Below are positions 18,533 to 27,109 of a DNA stretch of 64,000 nt, piece after piece. Below the pieces are notes generated by a model, which made no database searches, was not told the DNA's origin, and worked only from the letters and a program-made list of their open reading frames with translations. The stretch is from NCBI GenBank assembly GCA_020059045.1, contig JAGVCW010000021.1:27821-91820 (forward strand). The letters run 5' to 3'. Positions within the stretch are counted from its first letter, which is position 1; each line of letters starts with the position of its first letter. Both the position numbers and the translations under genes were made by a program. The stretch is from Minisyncoccota bacterium (GTDB lineage: Bacteria > Patescibacteriota > Minisyncoccia > Phycocordibacterales > Zambryskibacteraceae).

Positions 18533-19081
18533 ATGCAAAGCATAAAAGAAAAAACTCAAAAAACGTTTTCATCACTTAAGGCCACTCGTGGTTATAAAAA
18601 TCCCATGCAATCTCCACGTATTGTCAAAGTTGTTGTGAGTGTAGGAACGGGCTCATTTAAGGATGCGAAGAAAAAGGAACTTGCCCTGGATCGTCTTACG
18701 AAGATTACCGGCCAGCGCCCATCAGTACGCGGTGCAAAGCAGTCAATTGCCGCATTTAAAGTCCGACAGGGAGACCCGGTAGGACTTGCAGTCACACTTC
18801 GTGGCAAGAGAATGTACGATTTTCTAGATAAGTTAATCCATGTGGCCCTACCTCGTACCAAGGACTTCAGAGGAGTATCTTCTAAAGCTATTGATAAGAT
18901 GGGCAATTACACTCTAGGTATTAAGGAGCACACTATTTTCCCAGAGACAGCAGACGAGGAACTTAAAGACGTTTTTGGGCTAGCAATAACAATAGTTACG
19001 ACCGCAAGAACGAAGGAGGAGACCAAAGAATTTCTAGATTATCTAAGTTTCCCTTTCAAAAAAACAGAAGAGAAGAAGTAA
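18533..19081 (+). CDS. rplE: Ribosomal protein L5
   Basis: NPMQSPRIVKVVVSVGTG...AFKVRQGDPVGLAVTLRGKRMYDFLDKLI. Confidence 0.9.
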   Translation: MQSIKEKTQKTFSSLKATRGYKNPMQSPRIVKVVVSVGTGSFKDAKKKELALDRLTKITGQRPSVRGAKQSIAAFKVRQGDPVGLAVTLRGKRMYDFLDKLIHVALPRTKDFRGVSSKAIDKMGNYTLGIKEHTIFPETADEELKDVFGLAITIVTTARTKEETKEFLDYLSFPFKKTEEKK

Positions 19082-19094
19082 ATCCGTGGAAGCG

Positions 19095-19116
19095 AAGCGT
19101 GGAAGCCGAGCTTCCA
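19095..19116. repeat. GTGGAAGCCGAGCTTCCAC hairpin, copy 2
   Basis: CGTGGAAGCCGAGCTTCCACGG directly after the rplE stop. Same 18-mer as at 10096. Confidence 0.55.
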
Positions 19117-19184
19117 CGGAACATACTGTGTTCAGAATCTTTAAATGCTTGTAAACTTCATATAAATTTGTTTCTATAATAGAT

Positions 19185-19391
19185 ATGACAGAAGAATCAC
19201 TAAACTTAAACGAGACAAAGGAGAAGAGCGCGTTTTCCATGGGCGATCATTCAGATTTTATTGCAAGAGAGCTTGACCAAGTGAATAGGGAGTTACTCGA
19301 TGTAAGTTTAGACATACCAGATGGGGAGGTATCAGGTTTGGAAGAAGTGTATGATGCGATGATAAGGGATCTAAAAATCGAAAATAAATAA
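19185..19391 (+). CDS. Small acidic hypothetical protein
   Basis: 68 aa ORF with TATAAT located 10 nt upstream. Lies inside the rplE-rpsN insertion. Confidence 0.35.
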   Translation: MTEESLNLNETKEKSAFSMGDHSDFIARELDQVNRELLDVSLDIPDGEVSGLEEVYDAMIRDLKIENK

Positions 19392-19410
19392 TTCAAGTTC
19401 TCACTTTCGT

Positions 19411-19752
19411 ATGAACAAATTTTTATCTTTAGTAACGCGTATTCTGGGTGAGCTAGAATTTTCGCAAGAAAACAAAGAAAAAGTTGCATATGATCTCAAT
19501 CGCCTAATTATGACAAAGGTTGTCATAGCACTTCTTGATGAGGCCCCAGAGAATGTTCAAACTGAAGTTGAAAAACTTTTAAGTGCTGGTGAAACACTTG
19601 AAGTTGCAAATATCCTCAAGTCTACATTTACGACTGAAAGATTCGAAGAAGTAAGCCTTCATATTACTCGAGATGTGGTTCACAAATACTTAAGCGAATT
19701 GTTTGCAAAAACTCACAAGGAAAACAAAGAGAAACTTGTCGCTTCACTCTAA
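19411..19752 (+). CDS. Hypothetical protein
   Basis: 113 aa helical ORF in the same insertion. Confidence 0.4.
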   Translation: MNKFLSLVTRILGELEFSQENKEKVAYDLNRLIMTKVVIALLDEAPENVQTEVEKLLSAGETLEVANILKSTFTTERFEEVSLHITRDVVHKYLSELFAKTHKENKEKLVASL

Positions 19753-19759
19753 TATTTGT

Positions 19760-20340
19760 GCTGGGCTCTAATAGCACAGTACTTTTGTATAAAAACAAAC
19801 CCGCTCCTTGGTGAGGGCGGGCGATAGTGGGAAGAAAACTTCCAATGGTTTGGAAACTGCATGAAACCGGGTACTTCCTCCCTTTGTCTAGTCAATGGCG
19901 ATTGGGCGCCTATGACATCCTCTTGGCTGTAAACCTCGTAACTCACCATGAGTTACGGCAGGCTAACGCCAACTAAGCTGAGGACTTCGACTGGGCTGTC
20001 TCTGCACGTGGTCCCGAATGAGACGCCTAGTGAGCGAATGACCCGAACGCAGACTACCCGGTTTCACACTTTGTAATGAACTTATATCTTGCACTCTCTT
20101 TCGAGAGATGATTTCGTACCCTGGGGCGGCGAGCGGGCCGAAGCGCCGTCACGACCCCAGGGACTTCCTCGATATTTAACCTCTGATGCCGAGTACCGCA
20201 TCGGAGGCGATCCCCGTTAGGACGTAAGCGAATGCACCGGTTTAGGGCACATCACTGTATCCGAGCCCGCATGGGGGAGCTTGTGAGCTTATGTATATTA
20301 TAGCATGTACACGTTATTTGTCAAGGAGTTTCTCATTATC
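19760..20340 (+). ncRNA. Large GC-rich structured non-coding RNA. The core (about 19800-20070) is a possible reduced RNase P RNA.
   Basis: No ORF, and GC is well above the surroundings. A 10-11 bp long-range pairing joins GAAACCGGGUA (about 19862) to UACCCGGUUUC (about 20053), like the RNase P P4 helix. The segments GGCAGGCUAACGCC and GAAUGACCCGAACGCAGACUACCCGGUUU resemble the bacterial RNase P regions GGCAGG..UAACGCC and GAAUGAC..ACAGAAxCCGGCUUA. Additional strong hairpins are present, including CCCTGGGGCGGCG...CGCCGTCACGACCCCAGGG. Confidence 0.4.
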
Positions 20341-20592
20341 TTTTCTGTGACACATGAAATATGGCTAAAACTAAGGCTTATTTGAATATCACTTTAAAGT
20401 AGAGGGAAATTTGTTGGCAAGTTCTTGAAATTATCCGCTTAACCCTTATTTTATTGACTTTATACGGCTCAATTGCTAAGCTGTTGCAAAGCTTTTGGAA
20501 GCTTTTTTCTTTACTTAATCGCTTCATTCGTCAATATTCTTCCTTTTGAGGGCTTTCGCTCATGCGAGGTCGCTAGAGGATAAACAATATTT

Positions 20593-20778
20593 GTGGCCAA
20601 GAAATCAGTTATAGCAAGATCAGTTAAAAAGCCTAAATTCTCGACTCGCATCGTGAGGCGTTGTTTCCGTTGTGGTCGAAAGCGTGGCTATATGCAAGAT
20701 TTTGATCTATGTAGAATATGTTTTCGCGAATTTGCAAATGAAGGCAAAATCCCGGGCGTTAAGAAATCAAGTTGGTAA
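20593..20778 (+). CDS. rpsN: Ribosomal protein S14, type Z zinc-ribbon (GTG start)
   Basis: 61 aa. [25 protein letters not shown] with two C-x2-C pairs. Confidence 0.9.
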   Translation: MAKKSVIARSVKKPKFSTRIVRRCFRCGRKRGYMQDFDLCRICFREFANEGKIPGVKKSSW

Positions 20779-20881
20779 TAAAAGATTGTTCTAGATGTTG
20801 TAATTGATATACATGTTATAAATGTCTGACAAATACAACAACTAAAACATTTTGAAACAAATATAACATCTCAAACATTAC
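20779..20881 (+). repeat. Intergenic hairpin element, family A, copy 6
   Basis: TGTTCTAGATGTTGTAATTGATATACATGTTATAAATGTCTGACAAATACAACAACTAAAACA. Confidence 0.6.
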
Positions 20882-21265
20882 ATGGATCCCATCGCTGACA
20901 TGATAATAAGAATCAAGAATGCAGGAGAATCCCGCAAGGATACAGTGGCTTTTCCATATTCAAATTTGAAAGCAAGCATCTGCAAAACTCTTCTAGATAG
21001 TGGATACATAAAATCTCTTGTTATAAAAGGGAAGATTGCCAAATCAATAGAAGTCGGACTTATTTACAACGGCAAGTTCCCAAAGATCCAAGGTGTGAAG
21101 AGACTTTCGAAGCCTTCTCGTCGTCTATACAAGGCCTCAAGTGATCTACGGCCGGTTAAGAGAGGGTATGGATCTCTCATCATGTCTACTCCGAAGGGAA
21201 TAATGGTAGGAGAGCATGCCCGTAAGTCTAAAGTCGGTGGTGAGGCATTATTTGAAATATGGTAA
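20882..21265 (+). CDS. rpsH: Ribosomal protein S8
   Basis: MDPIADMIIRIKNAG...GEALFEIW. Confidence 0.9.
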   Translation: MDPIADMIIRIKNAGESRKDTVAFPYSNLKASICKTLLDSGYIKSLVIKGKIAKSIEVGLIYNGKFPKIQGVKRLSKPSRRLYKASSDLRPVKRGYGSLIMSTPKGIMVGEHARKSKVGGEALFEIW

Positions 21266-21353
21266 TGGCTTTGTCTAAATTTTACGAACGAAGTGAAATA
21301 AAATTTAGTAACAAAACATTAACTCACTATCGTTCGTTAAGAAAATCAACCAC
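21266..21353 (+). repeat. Intergenic palindromic element, family B, copy 5
   Basis: 88 bp, about 97% identical to copy 6. TTACGAACGAAGTGAAATAAAATTTAGT...CTCACTATCGTTCGTTAAGAAAATCAACCAC-ATG. Confidence 0.75.
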
Positions 21354-21887
21354 ATGAGCAGAATCGGAAAAGGAAAAATAGATATCCCAGAGAAAACTGA
21401 AGTTATTCTTCTTGCAGACACTGTCGTGGTAAAGGGGCCATTAGGTGAATTGTCTCACAAAGTTCACTCAGATATAGGTATTGAGATTGCTTCCGGAAGC
21501 GTAACATTTGTTCCCAAAGTTAATACTCTTGAAGCAAATGCTCTCTGGGGCACGACGTCTTCTCACTTGTCCAATATGATAGATGGAGTGAACAAACCTT
21601 TTGAAAAGAAATTAGTTTTAGAAGGCATTGGATATAAGGTAGAGGTAAAGGGAGATAAGATTCATCTTGCACTAGGCTTTTCTCATCCTGTAGAAGTTTT
21701 AATACCAAAAGGCTTGAATGTAAAAGTTGAGAAAAATGCCGTAACGATATCTGGCATTAGCAAGGACGATGTCGGGAGTTTCACAGCACGTCTGCGTGAC
21801 TTGAAGAAGCCGGAACCTTACAAAGGCAAAGGATTCAAATATTTTGGCGAAGTGATCAAGATTAAGCAGGGTAAAAAGTCAGTATAA
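21354..21887 (+). CDS. rplF: Ribosomal protein L6
   Basis: MSRIGKGKIDIPEKTEV...KPEPYKGKGFKY. Confidence 0.9.
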   Translation: MSRIGKGKIDIPEKTEVILLADTVVVKGPLGELSHKVHSDIGIEIASGSVTFVPKVNTLEANALWGTTSSHLSNMIDGVNKPFEKKLVLEGIGYKVEVKGDKIHLALGFSHPVEVLIPKGLNVKVEKNAVTISGISKDDVGSFTARLRDLKKPEPYKGKGFKYFGEVIKIKQGKKSV

Positions 21888-21975
21888 TGGCTTTGTCTAA
21901 ATTTTATGAACGAAGTGAAATAAAATTTAGTAACAAAACATTAACTCACTATCGCTCGTTAAGAAAATCAACCAC
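21888..21975 (+). repeat. Intergenic palindromic element, family B, copy 6
   Basis: Near-identical to the copy at 21266-21353. Ends CTCACTATCGCTCGTTAAGAAAATCAACCAC-ATG (rplR). Confidence 0.75.
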
Positions 21976-22329
21976 ATGAAGACAACTAATCATAAAAGCT
22001 CAAAAAGAAATCGTAGACATACAAAAATCAGGACGAAAGTTTCTGGTACTTCTAGCCGCCCACGTCTTTCTGTATTTCGCTCCAATATGTATCTCTATGC
22101 TCAAGTCATAGATGATGAGAGTGGTAAAACACTTTTCTCCATTTCATCTAAAGGTATGAAGAAGGGAGGTGTCGGGTTTGAATCAGCTCGTGAACTGGGT
22201 AAGACGCTTGCCAAGTCTGTTATCGCAGGCAACATCAAGAAGGTTGTGTTTGATCGGGGTGGATATATGTATACTGGTAAGGTTCGTGCTCTTGCAGACG
22301 GAGCTCGCGAAGGAGGTCTAGAATTCTAA
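21976..22329 (+). CDS. rplR: Ribosomal protein L18
   Basis: RPRLSVFRSNMYLYAQVIDD...VVFDRGGYMYTGKVRALADGAREGGLEF. Confidence 0.9.
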   Translation: MKTTNHKSSKRNRRHTKIRTKVSGTSSRPRLSVFRSNMYLYAQVIDDESGKTLFSISSKGMKKGGVGFESARELGKTLAKSVIAGNIKKVVFDRGGYMYTGKVRALADGAREGGLEF

Positions 22330-22351
22330 TCAAATATTAATAATCAAATCA

Positions 22352-23005
22352 ATGCCGAACGAAGAAGAAAAAATTTCAACAACTGAACCAACGACACCAG
22401 CAGATGTAAATGTAGATGTTCCTATTGCTGCATCTGTCGCCACATCTCCCGACCCTCAAGCTGATGGTAAGAGAGGTTTTGTAAGGAGAGACCATGGTGA
22501 GAGGAAGAAAAATCCTCGCAAGGCACCAAGACGAGAGGCTAGAGTTAAACCAGAATTCGACAATAAAATGGTTTCAATTAGACGTGTAACTCGTGTGGTA
22601 GCTGGAGGACGCAGGTTTAGCTTCTCTGTGACTCTTGTTGCAGGTAATCGCAAAGGGACTGTTGGAGTGGGTCAAGGTAAAGCATCAGACACTCCTATTG
22701 CGATCGATAAGGCCATGAGAGATGCGAAGAAAAACATGATCCAAATTCACACCACGAAGGACATGTCGATACCTCACGAGGTTGCAGCTAAATATGGAAG
22801 TTCAAGAGTGCTCATCATGCCAGCTCCTGGCCGCGGGATGCTCGCAGGTAGCTCAATAAGAACAGTTCTGGAGCTTGCAGGTCTTACTGGAATAAATGCC
22901 AAGCTTCTTTCCGGGAGTAAAAACAGAGCAAACAATGCAAAAGCTGCTGTAGAAGCGCTTCGCAAACTAGCAAGAACACAAGTAAGAACAGCAGTGAAGA
23001 AATAA
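22352..23005 (+). CDS. rpsE: Ribosomal protein S5 with an N-terminal extension
   Basis: RVTRVVAGGRRFSFSVTLVAGNRKGTVGVGQGKA. Confidence 0.9.
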   Translation: MPNEEEKISTTEPTTPADVNVDVPIAASVATSPDPQADGKRGFVRRDHGERKKNPRKAPRREARVKPEFDNKMVSIRRVTRVVAGGRRFSFSVTLVAGNRKGTVGVGQGKASDTPIAIDKAMRDAKKNMIQIHTTKDMSIPHEVAAKYGSSRVLIMPAPGRGMLAGSSIRTVLELAGLTGINAKLLSGSKNRANNAKAAVEALRKLARTQVRTAVKK

Positions 23006-23032
23006 TTTACATCATCCAAACCATTTCCGCCC

Positions 23033-23476
23033 ATGCAAATGAATACCATAAAAAGAAGAATAAAGAACAAGAAATCACGTCAAGTGGCGCGTGGTGGCAC
23101 ACGTGGTAAAACTGCAGGGCGCGGAACCAAAGGGCAGAATGCCCGCTCAGGAAGAAAGAAACGTCCAGAAATAAGAGACATGATCAAGCGTATACCGAAG
23201 CTTCGTGGGCGTGGTGTTTCTTCACTTAAAAGTATTCAAAGAGATGCGATCGCAGTTAACCTTACAGTGCTTAACAAGTCTTTCAATTCAGGCGACACTG
23301 TGTCTAAAGAGACTCTTCTTGAGAAGGGAATTGTGAAGAAAGTATCAGGTAAATATCCAAATGTGAAGATCCTTTCAGGTGGAACTCTCGATAAGAAATT
23401 GGATTTTGTTTCTTGCCAGGTGTCAGCGGGGGCAAGGGCGAAGATTGAATCTTTGGGTGGAAGTATAAAAGTGTAA
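23033..23476 (+). CDS. rplO: Ribosomal protein L15 (no L30 gene upstream)
   Basis: RGGTRGKTAGRGTKGQNARSGRKKRPEIRDMI. Confidence 0.9.
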   Translation: MQMNTIKRRIKNKKSRQVARGGTRGKTAGRGTKGQNARSGRKKRPEIRDMIKRIPKLRGRGVSSLKSIQRDAIAVNLTVLNKSFNSGDTVSKETLLEKGIVKKVSGKYPNVKILSGGTLDKKLDFVSCQVSAGARAKIESLGGSIKV

Positions 23477-23496
23477 TAGAATATAAGAACTTGTCC

Positions 23497-23613
23497 CGTT
23501 AGGTGTGATCGGGATATAAGATAATGATAAATTTGTATATGTCAGATAATCGAAATAATGTTTTATTTACTAACCTAACCAAGACAGGAGTCTAAGGACT
23601 CCTTACATCTAAC
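23497..23613 (+). promoter_or_regulatory. secY leader structure
   Basis: CCCGTTAGG (23497) pairs with CCTAACGGG (23605). This encloses about 100 nt containing a family-A-like TATATGTCAGATAAT motif and an AGGAGTCTAAGGACTCCT hairpin. Confidence 0.35.
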
Positions 23614-23616
23614 GGG

Positions 23617-24888
23617 ATGAACTCATTTTTTGATAAGGCACGTCTTGTTTTCACCGACAAAGTACTGCGCAAGCGTATATTCTTTGTGCTTGGCGCACTT
23701 ATTGTTTTTCGATTTCTTTCTACTATACCTGTCCCGGGTGTAGACGCAGATAAACTTGCAAGTTTCTTTTCTTCAAGTGAACTCCTTGGCCTCATAAACC
23801 TTTTTTCTGGAGGAGGATTTTCTAATCTTTCTATAATAATGCTTGGTGTTGGTCCTTACATTACGGCCTCGATCATAATGCAGCTTTTGACTATCATATT
23901 CCCAAAGTTAAAAGCAATGTATCAAGAAGAAGGTGATCTTGGAAGAAAGAAGTTTTCTCAGTACAGTCGTATGCTTTCTGTTCCTCTCGCTGTTATACAA
24001 GGTTTTGCCTTTCTGACACTTCTATCAAGGCAGGGCATCATGGCGCCTCTTAGCGGCTTTGAAATGGCTGTAAACATAGTTGTAATCACAGCAGGTTCAG
24101 TGCTTCTAATGTGGCTAGGTGAGCTTATGACAGAATTCGGAATCGGTAATGGTACGTCACTTATCATCTTTGCCGGTATAGTAAGCCAGCTTCCTCAGAT
24201 ACTTGGCCAGCTTGTGTTTACATTTGATGCGTCTCAGATTCCTCTATATTTATCATTTGTTGTAGCGGCCGTTATTATTATTTTTGCTGTTGTTATTATT
24301 ACAGAGGCAGAGCGTCCGATCCCAATAACATATGCGAAGCGTGTGAGAGGCGCGAGAGTTTATGGGGGGCTTTCTACGTACCTTCCAATCAGAGTTAACC
24401 AGGCTGGTGTTATACCTATAATATTTGCGTTATCTATCCTCCTATTTCCTCAACTAATATTTAGCTTCCTTGCAAATGTAGATAACAACATTATTAAAAC
24501 GGTTTCCACTTTCCTTCTTGGCCTTGTTGGCAACCCATGGTTCTATGCCGTTGCCTACTTTTTCCTAGTTTTTATTTTCACATATTTTTACACAGCTGTT
24601 ACGTTCGATCCTCATATGATTTCGACCAATCTACAGAAAAATGGAGCGTTTATCCCAGGAGTTAGACCAGGGGAGTCTACTGCAGACTATATTGCAAAGA
24701 TTTTGACACGTCTTACTCTTGTTGGCGCAATATTCCTCGGTCTCATTGCAGTCTTGCCTCTTATTATGAGAGGTGTTACGGGAATCCAATCTCTAGCTAT
24801 CGGTGGTACAGCACTTCTAATTGTGGTTTCTGTGGTTATTGATCTTATTAAAAAGATTGAGGCTCAGGTTTCGGTTAGGGAATATTAA
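23617..24888 (+). CDS. secY: Preprotein translocase SecY
   Basis: 423 aa, 10 TM helices. FSGGGFSNLSIIMLGVGPYITASIIMQLL motif. Confidence 0.95.
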   Translation: MNSFFDKARLVFTDKVLRKRIFFVLGALIVFRFLSTIPVPGVDADKLASFFSSSELLGLINLFSGGGFSNLSIIMLGVGPYITASIIMQLLTIIFPKLKAMYQEEGDLGRKKFSQYSRMLSVPLAVIQGFAFLTLLSRQGIMAPLSGFEMAVNIVVITAGSVLLMWLGELMTEFGIGNGTSLIIFAGIVSQLPQILGQLVFTFDASQIPLYLSFVVAAVIIIFAVVIITEAERPIPITYAKRVRGARVYGGLSTYLPIRVNQAGVIPIIFALSILLFPQLIFSFLANVDNNIIKTVSTFLLGLVGNPWFYAVAYFFLVFIFTYFYTAVTFDPHMISTNLQKNGAFIPGVRPGESTADYIAKILTRLTLVGAIFLGLIAVLPLIMRGVTGIQSLAIGGTALLIVVSVVIDLIKKIEAQVSVREY

Positions 24889-25009
24889 AATTAGTAAAGA
24901 GTAATTGGTAGGCAGAAAATTATTGGTTATTGTTTTTTATCTACTGTCTACTTATTACTGATTACCAATAACTATTAAAAAACCATCCTTTAGGGATGGT
25001 GGTTTGTTG

Positions 25010-25486
25010 CTAGAGACCAGCAGCTACCCGCTCAGCTGGAACAAGGCAAATTGTACTATCGTTTTTGTTCTCACTAATTTCGTGGTATGACACAAACCAC
25101 TTTCTCCCATTCCAGTCTATCGTTTGGAATGGTCGGCACTGTTCTGCAATTTCTTCAGGAAGCTCGATATCAACGTCTGTTGCCCAAATGGGGGGAAGGT
25201 TTTTCCCCCGCCACCAAAAAGTTAATTGTGGAATAGAATATTTCTTAAAAACATCATTATCCATAATGCCATTTTCAAATACTTCCCCCGCACACATTTC
25301 TCTGTCTTCTCGTCGAAGTAAAGATAGTGGAACAGGTCCGTGCACCTCGTTTTCTGATTGAAGTCGGGAAAATGCTTGGAAAAACAATTTGCCGAGAGTA
25401 CTCTGAGGGTCAAGAGTAAGTGCGGCCGTCATTAGGGCCGGGTTTTCTTTTCCCATTTCACAAACTGCCGGCCAATTCATGTACAT
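25010..25486 (-). CDS. Hypothetical protein
   Basis: 158 aa ORF convergent with secY. A hairpin at 24981-25000 lies between them. Confidence 0.45.
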   Translation of the reverse strand: MYMNWPAVCEMGKENPALMTAALTLDPQSTLGKLFFQAFSRLQSENEVHGPVPLSLLRREDREMCAGEVFENGIMDNDVFKKYSIPQLTFWWRGKNLPPIWATDVDIELPEEIAEQCRPFQTIDWNGRKWFVSYHEISENKNDSTICLVPAERVAAGL

Positions 25487-25660
25487 GAGTACTCCTTGTG
25501 GGTAAGGGAGGTATATTCCTCATATGTATTACCATTTAGGTGGCGCTTTAGTCAAACTGAATTTTTCTAAGTAAACCCATGGTATAGCATCACAAAACTA
25601 GCAATTTGTGTTATTATAATCAGACACTGCACCGTATTTCTAATGTCTTGTCGCCTGGTT

Positions 25661-25709
25661 TCATTCCTCATTCCTCATTCCTCATTCCTCATTCCTCATT
25701 CCTCATTAC
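25661..25709 (+). repeat. Heptanucleotide tandem repeat (TCATTCC) x6, plus one TCATTAC
   Basis: Perfect 7-nt tandem copies occupy 25661-25702, 28 nt upstream of the adk start. Slipped-strand phase variation is possible. Confidence 0.8.
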
Positions 25710-25729
25710 TTATTCATAATTCTTCCTTC

Positions 25730-26320
25730 ATGTTCTCCTTTATTTTCATAGGTCGCTCTGGTTGTGGTAAAGGTACTCAAGCCGATTTGCTACAAGCCTA
25801 TATTAAATCCAAGGATGAAAGTCCAATTCTCTACATTGAGACTGGCGCTAATTTCAGAGAATTCATTAAAGGTGCAAATTATACAAACACTCTTTCAAAG
25901 CAAGTTTACGAAAGTGACCATGTCCAGCCCGCCTTTCTCGCAGCTTATATGTGGAGTTTCGAAATGGTAGCAAAGTATACGGGTAAGGAGCACCTGATTT
26001 TTGACGGGACTCCGCGGTCTCTTGAGGAAGCTCAGATTTTAGCTGGTGCACTAGACTTTTATTCAATTGCAAGTACTGTGGTGATTCATCTCGAAGTTTC
26101 ACGTGCTTGGTCGGAGCGTCATCTCTTGAGTCGCGGAAGGTCAGATGATGCTAATATCTCACGCATAGATAAGAGGCTTGATTGGTTTGATGCCAATGTG
26201 ATTCCAGCTATAAATTATTTTAAAAGTAACAGCAAGTATCACTTTGTAGAAGTAAATGGCGAGCAAACTATAGCTGAGGTCCAAAATGAAATTATTGAGA
26301 AACTTAAACCCGTTTTATAA
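25730..26320 (+). CDS. adk: Adenylate kinase-like P-loop kinase (divergent)
   Basis: FIFIGRSGCGKGTQA is a P-loop in the adk position after secY. It has the LID-like segment RGRSDDANI and the overall length of adenylate kinase. Start MFSFIFIG at 25730; the ORF track opens upstream, inside the repeat. Confidence 0.65.
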   Translation: MFSFIFIGRSGCGKGTQADLLQAYIKSKDESPILYIETGANFREFIKGANYTNTLSKQVYESDHVQPAFLAAYMWSFEMVAKYTGKEHLIFDGTPRSLEEAQILAGALDFYSIASTVVIHLEVSRAWSERHLLSRGRSDDANISRIDKRLDWFDANVIPAINYFKSNSKYHFVEVNGEQTIAEVQNEIIEKLKPVL

Positions 26321-26341
26321 CATCATATTTTATTTACGGTA

Positions 26342-27109
26342 ATGATTACGTACAAAAGTGCTAAAGAAATACAAATTTTAATCGAAGGTGGTAAGAGGCA
26401 CAGTGCAATTCTAAGAAAGCTTCGAGAAATGATTGTTCCCACCCTTTCCGCAAGAGTTCTAAATGATTTTGCTTTGAGTGAAATAAATAAGTATGGAGAT
26501 ACACCTGCATTTCTCGGTTACACTCCAGATGGTGCCAAGCGCCCATATCCTGCAGCACTCTGTGTATCACTAAACGATGAGATTGTGCACGGTATTCCAA
26601 ATGAGAAAGAAAAAATCTTGAAAGAAGGCGACATTGTAAGTATAGACTTAGGTCTTGTACACCAAGGACTAATTACCGACGGAGCTTTCACTTGTGGAGT
26701 GGGTAAAATATCAAAAGAGGATCAAAATCTTATTAAGATGACAGAAAAAGCTCTGTGGTTTGGGATCGAAGAGGCCAAAGCTGGTAATACAACTGGTGAT
26801 ATCGGTTTTGCAATCGAATCGGTTGCGCGAAGTGCGGGGCTAAATATTACTGAAGGTCTTGCGGGTCATGGAGTAGGTTACCATGTCCACGAGGATCCAT
26901 ACGTTCCAAATTATGGAGAAAAAGGAATGGGAGACATACTGAAGACAGGAATGGTAATAGCCATAGAGCCCATGCTTACAAGCGGCAGTGGAGCTATTAT
27001 ACTTGCGAAAGACGGTTATACATACAAAACAAAAGATGGCAGGAATTGCGCACATTTTGAACACACGGTGGTTATTACAGAAGGCGACCCGATTGTTGTA
27101 ACTGCATAA
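26342..27109 (+). CDS. map: Methionine aminopeptidase, type I
   Basis: Metal-ligand context DLGLVHQGLITDGAFT, HGVGYHVHEDP, IAIEPML, FEHTVVIT. Confidence 0.9.
   Translation: MITYKSAKEIQILIEGGKRHSAILRKLREMIVPTLSARVLNDFALSEINKYGDTPAFLGYTPDGAKRPYPAALCVSLNDEIVHGIPNEKEKILKEGDIVSIDLGLVHQGLITDGAFTCGVGKISKEDQNLIKMTEKALWFGIEEAKAGNTTGDIGFAIESVARSAGLNITEGLAGHGVGYHVHEDPYVPNYGEKGMGDILKTGMVIAIEPMLTSGSGAIILAKDGYTYKTKDGRNCAHFEHTVVITEGDPIVVTA

Noticed and set aside
25661-25709. Possible CRISPR array
   Set aside because: Units are 7 nt with no spacers, so this is a simple SSR. No CRISPR repeats or cas genes were seen anywhere in the window.
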